Shown here piece after piece: positions 41,929 to 52,173 of a stretch of DNA of 64,000 bases. The stretch is taken from the NCBI GenBank assembly GCA_963797555.1, contig CAWCPV010000003.1, positions 832,001 through 896,000 of the forward strand, in the 5' to 3' direction. The notes beneath the pieces are model-generated. The model searched no databases. It was given only the letters and a program-made list of their open reading frames with translations, and had not been told where the DNA came from. This DNA comes from an uncultured Gammaproteobacteria bacterium. Its GTDB lineage: Bacteria; Pseudomonadota; Gammaproteobacteria; CAWCPV01. A program made the translations under genes and the position numbers. Numbering within the stretch: the first letter of the stretch is position 1; every line of letters begins with the position of its first letter.

Positions 41929-43107
41929 ATGGAAGATGTGGTGATCGTCGCCGCGGCACGCACACCCGTTGGAAAGTTCGGCGGAGCGCTGGCAGGATTT
42001 CCGGCAGCCGCGCTGGGAGCGAAGGTGATCGGCGCCCTGCTGGAGCGCAGCGGAATGCAACCATCCCAGGTGGACGAGGTGATCTTGGGGCAGGTGCTGA
42101 CCGCGGGAGTCGGCCAGAATCCGGCGCGCCAGGCGGCGATCCAGGCCGGAGTGCCGGTGACCGTGCCGGCCATGACCATCAACAAAGTTTGCGGCAGCGG
42201 GCTAAAAGCGGTGCATCTAGCGACCCAGGCGATCCGCTGCGCAGACGCCGAGGTTATCATCGCGGGCGGCCAGGAGTGTATGAGCATTGCCCCCCACGTG
42301 TTGCCGAAGTCCCGTGAAGGCATGCGCATGGGCGAATGGCCTCTGGTGGATAGCATGATTACGGATGGGCTATGGGATGTCTTCAACGACTACCACATGG
42401 GATGCACCGCTGAGAACGTGGTCGACCAGTATGGCCTCACGCGAGCCGAGCAGGACGCGTTCGCAGCGGCCTCCCAGCACAAGACGGAAGAAGCTCAGAA
42501 GGCCGGGTATTTTCGGCGGGAGATCGTTCCGGTGCAGGTCCCACAGCGCAAAGGCGAGCCCATCGTGTTCGATACGGACGAATTCCCGCGGCACGGAACC
42601 ACGGTGGAGGTTCTCGCGACATTGCGTCCCGCCTTCAGGGATGACGGCACCGTCACCGCAGGCAACGCCTCCGGCATCAACGATGGAGCCGCCGCTGTGA
42701 TCGTCACTTCTGCCGCCCGGGCAAAGACGTTAGGACTCCGGCCCATGGCTCGCATCGTGGCCTACGCCAACGCAGGGGTGGATCCCGCCATCATGGGGAC
42801 GGGCCCCATCCCTGCCACGCGCCGCTGTTTGGAGAAGGCTGGCTGGACAGTAGGCGATTTGGACTTGATCGAAGCCAACGAGGCATTCGCCGCACAGGCC
42901 ATCACAGTGAACCGGGAACTCGGCCTGGACCCGGCAATTGTCAACGTGAGCGGGGGCGCCATCGCATTGGGGCATCCCATCGGAGCCTCGGGAGCCAGAA
43001 TCCTGGTCACCCTGCTCCATGGCATGGAACGTCTGGACGCCCATCGCGGGCTGGCCACCCTATGTATCGGCGGAGGCCAGGGGGTGGCGCTCGCGGTCGA
43101 GCGCTGA
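41929..43107 (+). CDS. phaA: acetyl-CoA acetyltransferase (beta-ketothiolase)
   Basis: [44 protein letters not shown]. Confidence 0.95.
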   Translation: MEDVVIVAAARTPVGKFGGALAGFPAAALGAKVIGALLERSGMQPSQVDEVILGQVLTAGVGQNPARQAAIQAGVPVTVPAMTINKVCGSGLKAVHLATQAIRCADAEVIIAGGQECMSIAPHVLPKSREGMRMGEWPLVDSMITDGLWDVFNDYHMGCTAENVVDQYGLTRAEQDAFAAASQHKTEEAQKAGYFRREIVPVQVPQRKGEPIVFDTDEFPRHGTTVEVLATLRPAFRDDGTVTAGNASGINDGAAAVIVTSAARAKTLGLRPMARIVAYANAGVDPAIMGTGPIPATRRCLEKAGWTVGDLDLIEANEAFAAQAITVNRELGLDPAIVNVSGGAIALGHPIGASGARILVTLLHGMERLDAHRGLATLCIGGGQGVALAVER

Positions 43108-43234
43108 GTCGCGTCGAGTCGGTATAAATAAACGAACCGATGTTGACGGGCTGCGGCACCGATCCGGGCGCGTCTCGACACCGAAGCCTCCAAAACAGAA
43201 CACCGCAAAAGCTGAAACCCGAGGTAATTCGAAC

Positions 43235-43966
43235 ATGCCACACAAAACTGCGCTCGTCACCGGGGGCATCGGAGGTATCGGCACCGAAATCTGCAGACAC
43301 CTGGCGGCGGACGGCTCGAAGGTCGTAGCCACCTATATCGCCGCGGAGACCGATAAGGCGCGACAGTGGCGAGAGGCGCGCAAACAGGAAGGCCACGACA
43401 TGGCCATCTTCGAAGTGGATGTGGCAGATTTCGACTCCTGCGCTGCCGTGGTCGCCCAGGTCGGCCCGGTGGACATTTTGGTCAACAATGCCGGCATCAC
43501 GCGGGATGCCACGCTGCGCAAGATGACCCACGAGCAATGGCAGGCGGTCATCCGGACCAATCTCGACAGCGTGTTCAATATGACGAGACAGGTCATCGAC
43601 GGCATGATGGAGCGAGGGTTCGGGCGCATCGTAAACATCTCTTCCATCAACGGCCAAAGAGGCCAGTTTGGGCAAACCAACTATTCCGCTTCGAAGGCGG
43701 GAATTCACGGTTTCACCATGGCGCTGGCGCGCGAGGTCGCGCGCAAAGGCGTTACGGTCAACACGGTGTCGCCGGGCTACATCGGGACCGAGATGGTCAT
43801 GGCCATCGCCGAAGACGTCCGCAACCGGATCATTGCCGAGGTCCCCGTGGGGCGCCTGGGTCGCCCGGAGGAGATAGCCCGCGTCGTCGCGTTCCTCGCC
43901 GCCGACGAATCGGGCTTCATTACCGGTGCTGACTTCTCGGTCAACGGCGGGCACCACATGTACTGA
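43235..43966 (+). CDS. phaB: acetoacetyl-CoA reductase
   Basis: VTGGIGGIG, NNAGITRD, GQFGQTNYSASK, SPGYIGTEMV. Confidence 0.95.
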   Translation: MPHKTALVTGGIGGIGTEICRHLAADGSKVVATYIAAETDKARQWREARKQEGHDMAIFEVDVADFDSCAAVVAQVGPVDILVNNAGITRDATLRKMTHEQWQAVIRTNLDSVFNMTRQVIDGMMERGFGRIVNISSINGQRGQFGQTNYSASKAGIHGFTMALAREVARKGVTVNTVSPGYIGTEMVMAIAEDVRNRIIAEVPVGRLGRPEEIARVVAFLAADESGFITGADFSVNGGHHMY

Positions 43967-43969
43967 CAC

Positions 43970-44485
43970 GTGCAGCAACCGACACAACATCGGCAGGCGG
44001 ATCTGGGGGCGAAGGGGCAGTCCCGGATCATCAAGAAGTACCCGAACCGCCGCCTCTACGACACCGCGATCAGCAGCTACATCACGCTGGAGGATGTGAA
44101 GAAGCTGGTGCTGTCTGGTGTGGAGTTCCGGGTGATCGACAGCCGAACTGCGGATGACCTGACGCGCGCTATTCTCTTTCAGATCATTGCCGAGCAGGAA
44201 CAGGGGGGCACCCCGCTATTCAGCACGGCGTTCCTCGTGCAGCTCATCCGCCTATACGGGGATACATTGCAGGAGGCCATCCGTAGTTACTTCGAGTTCG
44301 TCTCGCAGATGCTGGTGGAACAGCACAACGTCGTCACGAACCAGGTGAGCGCACTGCTGGAGACGAACCCGATGTCGCTCATGGTCGAGATCGCCCAACG
44401 CAATCTCGCCCTCTGGACCAGTATGCAGGAGGCAACGTCGGCCGGTCGCGGCGAAACCGACAGTTCCACTCCTCACACCGGGTGA
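43970..44485 (+). CDS. phaR: PHA synthesis repressor
   Basis: RIIKKYPNRRLYDTAISSYITL, DLTRAILFQII, LIRLYG. Confidence 0.93.
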   Translation: MQQPTQHRQADLGAKGQSRIIKKYPNRRLYDTAISSYITLEDVKKLVLSGVEFRVIDSRTADDLTRAILFQIIAEQEQGGTPLFSTAFLVQLIRLYGDTLQEAIRSYFEFVSQMLVEQHNVVTNQVSALLETNPMSLMVEIAQRNLALWTSMQEATSAGRGETDSSTPHTG

Positions 44486-44868
44486 TCGCGCAACCGGCGT
44501 CGACGGCTAGGCCGTTCGGTGGAGACGCGGCACGGACACCAGCCCTGCCGTGCTCCCCCGCGGCAAGCGACAGGCACGCAGTTGCGAAGGCGGAGTCGGC
44601 CCACTCTCCTACGGGGCTGAAGCGGCGGCTTCGCGGCTCGTTCGCGTCGCCGGACCGACGCCCCGGGGTTTCGTGTTCTCACCTCAGCGCTAACCCCTGT
44701 TACCCATACCCCCGGCCCTCGCCAGCGCTGCAGTCCAGCGCGCGGCAGGCAGCATTGCCGTGTCGATGCGGAAAAGGCGGGCGGGCGCTGCCCCTGATGC
44801 CATGGGCGCAGCGAGCAGGCCCGACGGCTGTCCATCGACTCCGCGCTGGCGTCCGGGGAATGCCTGAG

Positions 44869-45282
44869 TCACTTCTCGAAGACCTGGGCAAGGTCAGCAA
44901 ATGCCTTGAACTCCAGTACGTTGCCGCTCGGGTCCTGGACGAACATGGTGGCCTGCTCGCCCGGCTGGCCGCTGAAGCGCACCGTCGGCTCCAAGACAAA
45001 GTTGGCACCCGCTCGTCGTAGCTTGTCCGCCAGGGCGTGCCACCGCTCCAAAGAGAGAATCACGCCAAAATGCGGAACGGGGATATCGTGGCCGTCGACG
45101 CGATTGGTGCATGAGGCACGAAGCGCACCCGGACAAAGATGAGCGACAATCTGATGACCGCACAGGTCGAAATCGACCCATGTGGCCTCGCTCCTGCCTT
45201 CGCCACAGTCCAGCACGCCAGCATAGAAGGAACGGGCCGTATCCAGATCATCGACCGGAAACGCCAAGTGAAAAGGTGTCAC
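44869..45282 (-). CDS. VOC/glyoxalase-family protein
   Basis: PFHLAFPVDDL, WVDFDLCGHQ, VPHFG, DPSGNVLEFKAF. Confidence 0.85.
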   Translation of the reverse strand: MTPFHLAFPVDDLDTARSFYAGVLDCGEGRSEATWVDFDLCGHQIVAHLCPGALRASCTNRVDGHDIPVPHFGVILSLERWHALADKLRRAGANFVLEPTVRFSGQPGEQATMFVQDPSGNVLEFKAFADLAQVFEK

Positions 45283-45508
45283 GGGCTTACCCTCCGCTAC
45301 CGAGAAGTCCTTCAGTGCCGCAGATCTCAGCGCTCCAGAGTCGCCTGTTCGGGCCGCGCGATGGGGCTGCCACCGCATCGCACCGACCAAGGCATCTCCT
45401 CACCCCTCTGTTCATCCTTGACGGATGAGTGAGAGCCATCGGAAGATTTCAACCCCATCTTTCATGACGGTACCGTCCGTGCAAGCTGACTCCGGCGATC
45501 CCAAGTCA

Positions 45509-46114
45509 ATGCGCCCTACTCTGCGAGAATTGAAGCCCCATAGCTTCATTTATCAAATCAAAGCCGCCCTACCTGGGGAGATATGCCGGGATATGATTCG
45601 GCGTTTCGAAGCGAAGCGTGACCAGCAGTATCCGGGCAGACTCGGGCAGCAAGCAAGGGAGGAAACTAGCATAAAGCGATCCACCGACCTGCGGATCAGC
45701 GGCCGATCAGATTGGAAGGATGTCGACCAAGCGCTTTTCCGCTCTCTGAGTCAAGGGCTGAGCGAGATCGCAGCCATGCATCCCTTTTTCGCCACAAACG
45801 CGTTCAGGGATACGGGATACAATATGCAGCGCACGGAGGCCGGCGAGTTTTATCACTGGCACGTCGATGGCGGGCCCGGCGAGTTCAGTCAACGACAGAT
45901 GGTGGCGCTATGGTATCTGAACCACGTGAAGGGCCCCGGTGGTGAAACCGAGTTCTTCTTTCAGAAGGTGAAGGTGAAGCCGGAGGAAGGGAAACTGATC
46001 CTGTTTCCCCCATTCTGGACTCACGTGCACCGCGGAGTAACCTTGGAAAATGGCGTTAAATACATCGCTACCACCTGGGTGTCATTCGCCTGCGGCGGTG
46101 ACGTGACGCCGTGA
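45509..46114 (+). CDS. 2OG-Fe(II) oxygenase (prolyl-hydroxylase-like)
   Basis: YHWHVD, WYLN, GGETEF, FPPFWTHVHRG, KYIATTW. Confidence 0.85.
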   Translation: MRPTLRELKPHSFIYQIKAALPGEICRDMIRRFEAKRDQQYPGRLGQQAREETSIKRSTDLRISGRSDWKDVDQALFRSLSQGLSEIAAMHPFFATNAFRDTGYNMQRTEAGEFYHWHVDGGPGEFSQRQMVALWYLNHVKGPGGETEFFFQKVKVKPEEGKLILFPPFWTHVHRGVTLENGVKYIATTWVSFACGGDVTP

Positions 46115-46168
46115 GAACAGGCGCACACGGCGAGGATCTGACGCCGCAACGGTGGGTCCCTATCGTAA

Positions 46169-46630
46169 TCAGGCACCCGCACGCGGAGAGCCCCTACGCA
46201 CTGCATGGCAGGCGATTCGCCGGACGATCGTGGGGAGCGGCAGGTCGGGGGGATTCCCGAAGGAGCGATACACCGCCTTTATGATCTCGTACACGTTGGT
46301 CACTGCCGTTGCACCGCCCGACTCGGGGACAACGGCGTGCTGAAGCCCTAACAGTCCCCCGCACTGCAGCTTCATCGCCTTGATATGGGGGAGGTGCTCC
46401 TCAGTTCCCGTCAGCTTCAGTGCAAACTTGGCGCCGCGCTGCAAACAAGCGGCAACCTCTAGGCACGCCCGCTGGGCCTCCGCCGAGGCGCATCCCACCA
46501 CGTCGCGTTCGGCGATGTTGATGCGCGTCGACCGCTCACAGCCGAAATGGCCGGTGAGAATGGCCTTCTCGAAAGGACAGCGCAGGCTACTCAGCGCCTG
46601 AGAGATCTCACGATATTCCCGTTCATCCAT
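46169..46630 (-). CDS. Cys-rich hypothetical protein (paralogue of 50726..51142)
   Basis: CPFEKAIL...C...C...C...LPHIKAMKLQCGGLLGLQ. Confidence 0.75.
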   Translation of the reverse strand: MDEREYREISQALSSLRCPFEKAILTGHFGCERSTRINIAERDVVGCASAEAQRACLEVAACLQRGAKFALKLTGTEEHLPHIKAMKLQCGGLLGLQHAVVPESGGATAVTNVYEIIKAVYRSFGNPPDLPLPTIVRRIACHAVRRGSPRAGA

Positions 46631-46670
46631 GGATAGTCAACCCAGGCCTTTGTGCGATCCTGGTTCCATG

Positions 46671-46889
46671 CTAGTCGTCTTCGGACGGACGCCGCTCGCG
46701 TCTTGCCGAAAGCAACCGCTCGGCGTCCTCGGGATTCTTGGCAAAGATAACCTTGATAGCGGTCGCGTCCGCCGGCCCCAATTCCGCCCGTATGGAGCGC
46801 GCCTTCTCTCTGGCGTCGCCGTATTTTTCGTAGGAACCGACTGGGGTCAACTCCCGCCTTGAGGATATCCTAAAAATGAAATACGGCAT
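46671..46889 (-). CDS. small hypothetical protein
   Basis: MPYFIFRI...IKVIFAKNPEDAERLL; AAGGAA RBS. Confidence 0.7.
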   Translation of the reverse strand: MPYFIFRISSRRELTPVGSYEKYGDAREKARSIRAELGPADATAIKVIFAKNPEDAERLLSARRERRPSEDD

Positions 46890-47115
46890 CCCGATTCCTT
46901 ATTTGTTCTACTGTGCCTCTCTATCGAGCAGAAGTCGCGATCCGGTTCGAGGAGACATTATACGATTATACGACCACTTCCTTAGAAGTGAAAATCCGCA
47001 CTGTTTCAAAGGCTTCTCTTGAGCGCCGGAGCGGCAGAGGAAGACGGCGACCCTCGCACCGGGTACACACGGCGCTTATAATGGTGACCATGTACACACT
47101 TGCGTCCGAGGAATC

Positions 47116-47427
47116 ATGGAAACACGTGCGGGACTGAGCAAGGAAGAACGTGTCCTGCGCATACTGAAGATGGTGTTGACGACCGTCATCAAGGAGACGG
47201 CCGTGCCTTCCGGCGCGGTGCATGTGCTCAGCGAGCGCACCATCGAGGACCTTAGACGCTCTTTAGCGCTAATCGCCGACCGGGAAAGGGAGTTGGCCCA
47301 GGCAGCCGGGCATGCGATGAATCTTCGCCCGAGATATGCCGACGACCCGAGACCCAGAGCGCCCGTAGTAATTCCCCTGCATCAGACCGGTCTGACGCGC
47401 AAGAAGAAACCGAGCGGCCAGCGGTGA
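47116..47427 (+). CDS. hypothetical protein
   Basis: GAGG RBS; LSKEERVLRILKMVLT...LSERTIEDLR...RPRYADD. Confidence 0.7.
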   Translation: METRAGLSKEERVLRILKMVLTTVIKETAVPSGAVHVLSERTIEDLRRSLALIADRERELAQAAGHAMNLRPRYADDPRPRAPVVIPLHQTGLTRKKKPSGQR

Positions 47428-47520
47428 CTCAGGTCGGGTTCCCAAGAGGCTGCGTGCCGTAACGTGGGAGCGTCCCCGCACTGGCCCTGCAGGCCGATTC
47501 AGACGGATGCGGAGGAAGAC

Positions 47521-47946
47521 ATGTCCGAAGAGCAGCAAATGAGCTTGGCGAGTGGCATCGCGGCGTTCGAGACGAAACAGTTCACACGCGCGATGCGGCT
47601 ACTGTCTCCGCTGGCCGAACTGGGAAATCCTGACGCGCAGTACCGGGTAGCGATCATGCGTCAGAATGGCCTGGGAGTCGCGCGCCACGCGGAGCAGGCC
47701 CTCAGGTGGATGCGGGCTGCAGCCGACCAAGGGCACGCCCTGGCCCAGCACGGGCTCGGGTTCATGTACCTCGAAGGCGACTGCGTCGAAGCGAACGGGC
47801 CCGAGGCTGCGAAGTGGTTCCGCTTGGCTGCAGAGCAAGGCCTTGCCGGGTCGCAGACGACCCTGGCCATGATGTACGAAGAAGGCCGCGGAGTCGGAAA
47901 GAACCCCGAAGAAGCTCGGAAGTGGCTGAAGAAAGCGGGGTTCTGA
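47521..47946 (+). CDS. Sel1-repeat protein
   Basis: GNPDAQY, AAADQGHALAQHGLGFMY, AAEQGLAGSQTTLAMMYEEGRGV. Confidence 0.88.
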   Translation: MSEEQQMSLASGIAAFETKQFTRAMRLLSPLAELGNPDAQYRVAIMRQNGLGVARHAEQALRWMRAAADQGHALAQHGLGFMYLEGDCVEANGPEAAKWFRLAAEQGLAGSQTTLAMMYEEGRGVGKNPEEARKWLKKAGF

Positions 47947-48041
47947 GCAGGCCGAAGCGCGCGTCGGCTGAACACGGCTCAGGACTCCCGATTGGCGTCC
48001 GCCGTTCTCCTCCGCCACCGACCGCCTCGCTGTGACATTCA

Positions 48042-48157
48042 GAGCTTGTGAAGCCATCCTCGCCAGCCGCCCGAGAGCAAGGTGCACAGCTCAGCGACTC
48101 AGCATATCAAGCACGTAGACAAGAAGCGAACACGCGCAGCAGATTTGCTCACGCATC
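48042..48157. repeat. MITE-like element, copy C (short, degenerate)
   Basis: gagcttgtgaagccatc...cgcgcagcagatttgctcacgcatc resembles both ends of copy A; preceded by TCA. Confidence 0.5.
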
Positions 48158-48363
48158 TTCGAGCACGTCTCTCACCATGTCCTGCGGTCTGCGGCCGTGC
48201 GGATTAATACCGTGAACTCGGGCAGAATAGGTTCCCGGTCGGAGGCGCCCATTCACCACCGTCCATCTCTGCCACCTGCCTGCAACCAGCCGCGTCCACG
48301 CGAGGACTACAGGCGCGGTGCACTCCTCTGCCCTGGAGATGACGACTCCGCAAGGGGCGCGCC

Positions 48364-49401
48364 GTGACCTACCGCGTCCGCGTGTTGCCGAGCGGGCATG
48401 AATTCCCCGTGGAGGGAGCAGTCTCTCTCCTGGATGCAGCGCTCAAGGCCGGTCTTGCACCGGACTATGGCTGCAACAACGGTACCTGCGGCCTCTGCAA
48501 GGCGAGGGTCGTCTCCGGCGAGGTACGGAACGTGCGTCCCCATGACTATGCCCTCACCGAGACGGAGAAAAGCCTGGGTTACGTGCTGATGTGCTCTAGC
48601 AGCGTGTCGACCGACTTGGTGATAGAGGCACCAGAGGCATGGGGTGTGCAAGACATTCCGCTGCAGCAGATCTTGACGCGCGTCAAGAGGACACAGGAGC
48701 TGGGGCAGTACGTGCGCGTCCTAGAGCTGCAGACCCCTCGAACCCAAAGACTGCGATTTTTGGCAGGGCAGTACGCGACCCTGACCGCGCCCGGGAGCGT
48801 TCGGGCGGACTACTCGATCGCCAGCTGCCCGTGCGACGGACGTAATCTGGAGTTCCACATCCCCAGGCAGCCCGGACACGCGTTCTCTGATTATGTTTTC
48901 GGAGCAGCGCGAGCACAGGACGTCGTCTCGATAGAGGGGCCCAAGGGTAGGTTCACCCTGCGGGACGAGGACATCAGACCTGTCATTTTCCTCGCATGTG
49001 ACACCGGCTTTGCGCCGATCAAGAGCCTCGTAGAACAGGCTATGGCGGTCGAGCTAACGGAGCCCATGCATTTCTACTGGCTCGCCACACCAGACACGGG
49101 ACATTACATGCACAACTTGTGTCGTTCGTGGCTGGACGCGCTCGACAACTTCCGCTATACGCCGCTCGCACTAGACGCCCCCGGGCACCGTTTTCCCGTG
49201 GTGGCTGGCCCCGGCCCCTCCGCGAAGCGCTCGACCCTCCCTCAGATGTTGCGGCGTGTTGCACGCGACCAACCCGAACTACGCGAATACGATGTCTACA
49301 TCGCCGGATCCGAAAACCTACTAAAGGCCGCGGAGCACTTCTTCACGGATCAGGGGCTTTCGCGCGATCGGCTATGCATGGAGCGAGTCCCTAGACAGTA
49401 G
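48364..49401 (+). CDS. 2Fe-2S ferredoxin / FAD-NAD(P)H oxidoreductase fusion
   Basis: GCNNGTCGLC...LMC; RFLAGQY; EGPKGRF; DTGFAPIKS. Confidence 0.88.
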   Translation: MTYRVRVLPSGHEFPVEGAVSLLDAALKAGLAPDYGCNNGTCGLCKARVVSGEVRNVRPHDYALTETEKSLGYVLMCSSSVSTDLVIEAPEAWGVQDIPLQQILTRVKRTQELGQYVRVLELQTPRTQRLRFLAGQYATLTAPGSVRADYSIASCPCDGRNLEFHIPRQPGHAFSDYVFGAARAQDVVSIEGPKGRFTLRDEDIRPVIFLACDTGFAPIKSLVEQAMAVELTEPMHFYWLATPDTGHYMHNLCRSWLDALDNFRYTPLALDAPGHRFPVVAGPGPSAKRSTLPQMLRRVARDQPELREYDVYIAGSENLLKAAEHFFTDQGLSRDRLCMERVPRQ

Positions 49402-49995
49402 GCTATCGAGTGCCCCGCCGGTGCACGGCACATTCCGCTGGCGACAGGAAACGCCGGGGTGCGAATCTCCGGCCGCAAGCTTCGAAGGCTGTCGCTTTGT
49501 CCGACCCCGCGGTCCCCAAGGGCTCCTGCGGTTTCAACAGGCGTTCCTGCACGTCCGGTAGCACTCTCTACTAGCACCGGACGAGGCTGCCCCTCACGCT
49601 GGCCTCTCGCAGGCACGCGCGGCGACACCGCCCCCGCCCGAAATGGCGGCTCACCCTACTCAGGCCCTTCCCCGAGACCACGGTGCTGCCGGCGTCGCTC
49701 GCCCTGACCGGCCGAGGCGCTGCACACCCAGCACGCTCTCGGGTCGAAGACTAGCCGGCCTAGGGCCTCTTCGGCGTTCAACGGCGCCGTGTCCAAGTGA
49801 GCCTGCGCCCCTTCGCTGGGGCAGTGCTGCGGCTGCACTCATCAAGGGAGCTGGACGGGACCGTGCCGTGGTCGCTTCAGGCCACGTCTGCGTGCAGACT
49901 GTAGTGTATACTCACTTTTTTTGGCAATCTTCAGCATCTGACCAGAATCGAGTCGCGCAGCATGACCCGTGCGGCCTTAGGAATGGAGGTGAAGG

Positions 49996-50361
49996 ATGTC
50001 GGATATCAATAAGTTCATCCTCGACCAAGAGGCAGTCGAGACCGATCCGCTAGGCAACCTGATCGATCTGGACGAATGGTCAGAGGGGCTGGCTGAAAAG
50101 CTGGCTACCCAGGAGGGGATCCGGATGACCGATGAACACTGGGAAGTGGTTCGTTTTCTGCGTGATAACTACCGCGACCATGGCGAAGCCCGTAGCGCTC
50201 GGAAGCTGCTGGACGCCCTGACCGAGAGGTTCGCGGCAAGGGGGGGCAAGAAGGGCCTGTATGTGCTATTTCCGGGGGGTCCCATCAGCCAGGGCTGTAA
50301 GATCGCTGGGCTTCCGTTGCCTGAGTACAGTAAGGACCCGTCCTTCGGTACCTCTAGCTGA
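49996..50361 (+). CDS. TusE/DsrC-fold protein lacking the C-terminal Cys (RspA-type)
   Basis: WSEGLA, MTDEHWEVVRFLR, LYVLFPGGP, GCKIAGLP; ends PSFGTSS. Confidence 0.85.
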   Translation: MSDINKFILDQEAVETDPLGNLIDLDEWSEGLAEKLATQEGIRMTDEHWEVVRFLRDNYRDHGEARSARKLLDALTERFAARGGKKGLYVLFPGGPISQGCKIAGLPLPEYSKDPSFGTSS

Positions 50362-50725
50362 CGGCGTTCCAAACCCACGACAGCAGGTGGCCATTGGGGG
50401 CGGGCGTCGCGGCGCGCTGACGCCCAGATGCCCTTCCCCTCGCAATAGAGGTGCCCGGAGATCGGGTAGAAACCCGTTTCGGAGGACGGTTTGGTTCACT
50501 GCGCCGAGGTGCGCGCGTAGGCATGTGGATACCAGTGTAGTCGGGCCAGCGAACCCCGCTGAGGCGCTGGATCCACTTGGTCGGCGGCGCGTCCGCGACC
50601 GCCTTCCGGACTTTCCCGCGCTCCGGTACGCCATGCGATCCGGGCCCCACGCACAACCCCGCGGCGGTGCAGTAAGGCACGGCATGGACCGCCAGTCCGG
50701 CTCACATGCCACCCGTGCTGGCTGG

Positions 50726-51142
50726 CTATCCGGAAGCCCTACGCCGAAGCCTGTAACTGACCATGTCCTGGACGAAACCCTGACAAAGGATGGCGTCAAC
50801 CGCCCCGCTCGAACCTGCCGCCTGCTCCACTAGCCCGGCTACATTGGCGACCGCACGCGCTGGGCTTGCTGCGCCCTCGAGCACCCGCTGTAGTCCCAGC
50901 AGACCGCCGAACTGGATCTTCACCTGCACGCTGTGAGGCATGGTCAGCGGGTCGTCCTCCACTCCAAACACTGGCAGCGCCACGGCCTTCATCTGCCGGA
51001 AAAGGGCCTCGCACCGACGGCGTGCGTCTTCGGAGACACAGGCCACATCGGGCCCGCTGCGGCGCGTCACGGGCGTTGCATACCGGCAGCCGAAGTCGTT
51101 GCCGATCAACGTCGCATTGAATGCACAGGTGTATTCCACCAT
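50726..51142 (-). CDS. Cys-rich hypothetical protein (paralogue of 46169..46630)
   Basis: CAFNATL...FGC...C...C...MPHSVQVKIQFGGLLGLQ. Confidence 0.75.
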   Translation of the reverse strand: MVEYTCAFNATLIGNDFGCRYATPVTRRSGPDVACVSEDARRRCEALFRQMKAVALPVFGVEDDPLTMPHSVQVKIQFGGLLGLQRVLEGAASPARAVANVAGLVEQAAGSSGAVDAILCQGFVQDMVSYRLRRRASG

Positions 51143-51186
51143 GGCCCGTGTCTAAACGCGGGCACCAGAACCAGTTCCGGATCGGG

Positions 51187-51387
51187 TCAAGGCGCCAACG
51201 GGTCGAAGAGCTTGCCGGCGGCGCCACTGTTCTGGATGAATGTGACACTGGAGGTGATGTGGTGCGGAGTGTAGAGCGTAGTTCTGAGCAGCCATCCCTT
51301 ACCGGGCGCCAGCGCCTGTTCCGTCATGGTGCGGATGTGGGTGGTGTCGTCGAAAGAATCTTCGACTATGTCGTACTCCAGCTTCAT
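51187..51387 (-). CDS. small hypothetical protein
   Basis: MKLEYDIVEDSFDDTTHIRTMTEQA...; AGGAGG RBS. Confidence 0.7.
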   Translation of the reverse strand: MKLEYDIVEDSFDDTTHIRTMTEQALAPGKGWLLRTTLYTPHHITSSVTFIQNSGAAGKLFDPLAP

Positions 51388-51704
51388 GGCGCAACGTCCT
51401 CCTGTATGTGTGTCGGCCCCATTATACACAGGCGCCGGGAGATCGCGCGCCGCCAGCACAGAATGGCGCCCGATCTCCCTGAAAACCCCCGGGGCGCCCT
51501 CAGCTCATCAGCGGCACGCGTCGGGGCGCGATGTCCAAGGTCATCGGTCTCGGACGCGTGTGCTCGCGCGGTTTCCGGTGCCCCTGCCACCGACAGAGCG
51601 CCAGGGACACCGTCACGCTAACAGTGTCCGGCGCGACTCGTTCCGGCCCGGCGATTAGCAGGAATCGAATTGTATGGTGGTCTACGCCCTCCAGCACCGC
51701 CGGA

Positions 51705-52061
51705 TCACAACAAGCGCACGGCCTCTTCAGCCGACAGACCGAGAACTTTGCGCACCGCATCCAATGCCTCTTGGGCGAACACGTCCAGATCTCCCCATCG
51801 GGTCGAGGTACCGACCACTTCGCATCCGCCGTGCATGATGAGCCGCATCGTATACCAACCCTCCTCGGAGCGCTGCATGCCGCTCGGCTCCGCCGTCAGG
51901 TAGAGGCCCGGCTGCGAATCGCCCTCCCGCACCACGGCCAAGATGTAACGGTAGTCGAGGCCATCACCGCTGTCGATCTCCCCCAGCACGACGATAGAGA
52001 AATCACTCAGTTGGTAACGGCGTTGGGGCACAGCCGTCCTGATTACCGGCCGGTTTTCCAT
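51705..52061 (-). CDS. hypothetical protein
   Basis: PVIRTAVPQRRYQL..VVLGEIDSGDG..YRYILA; GGAG RBS. Confidence 0.7.
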   Translation of the reverse strand: MENRPVIRTAVPQRRYQLSDFSIVVLGEIDSGDGLDYRYILAVVREGDSQPGLYLTAEPSGMQRSEEGWYTMRLIMHGGCEVVGTSTRWGDLDVFAQEALDAVRKVLGLSAEEAVRLL

Positions 52062-52173
52062 CCAATCTCTCCGCAGGACTGCACAGGCGGCATGCGACCG
52101 TGTTAAGGTTAAGAATACCAGAGTTAGATTCTCGGAATTAGCCCCGCTGCGCTGCCGCGAGGGAACGGGCACC

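Noticed and set aside
49402-49995. Long intergenic region before the DsrC-fold gene as an ncRNA
   Set aside because: Only weak GC-rich hairpins and no identifiable motif; cannot be supported without conservation or expression data.
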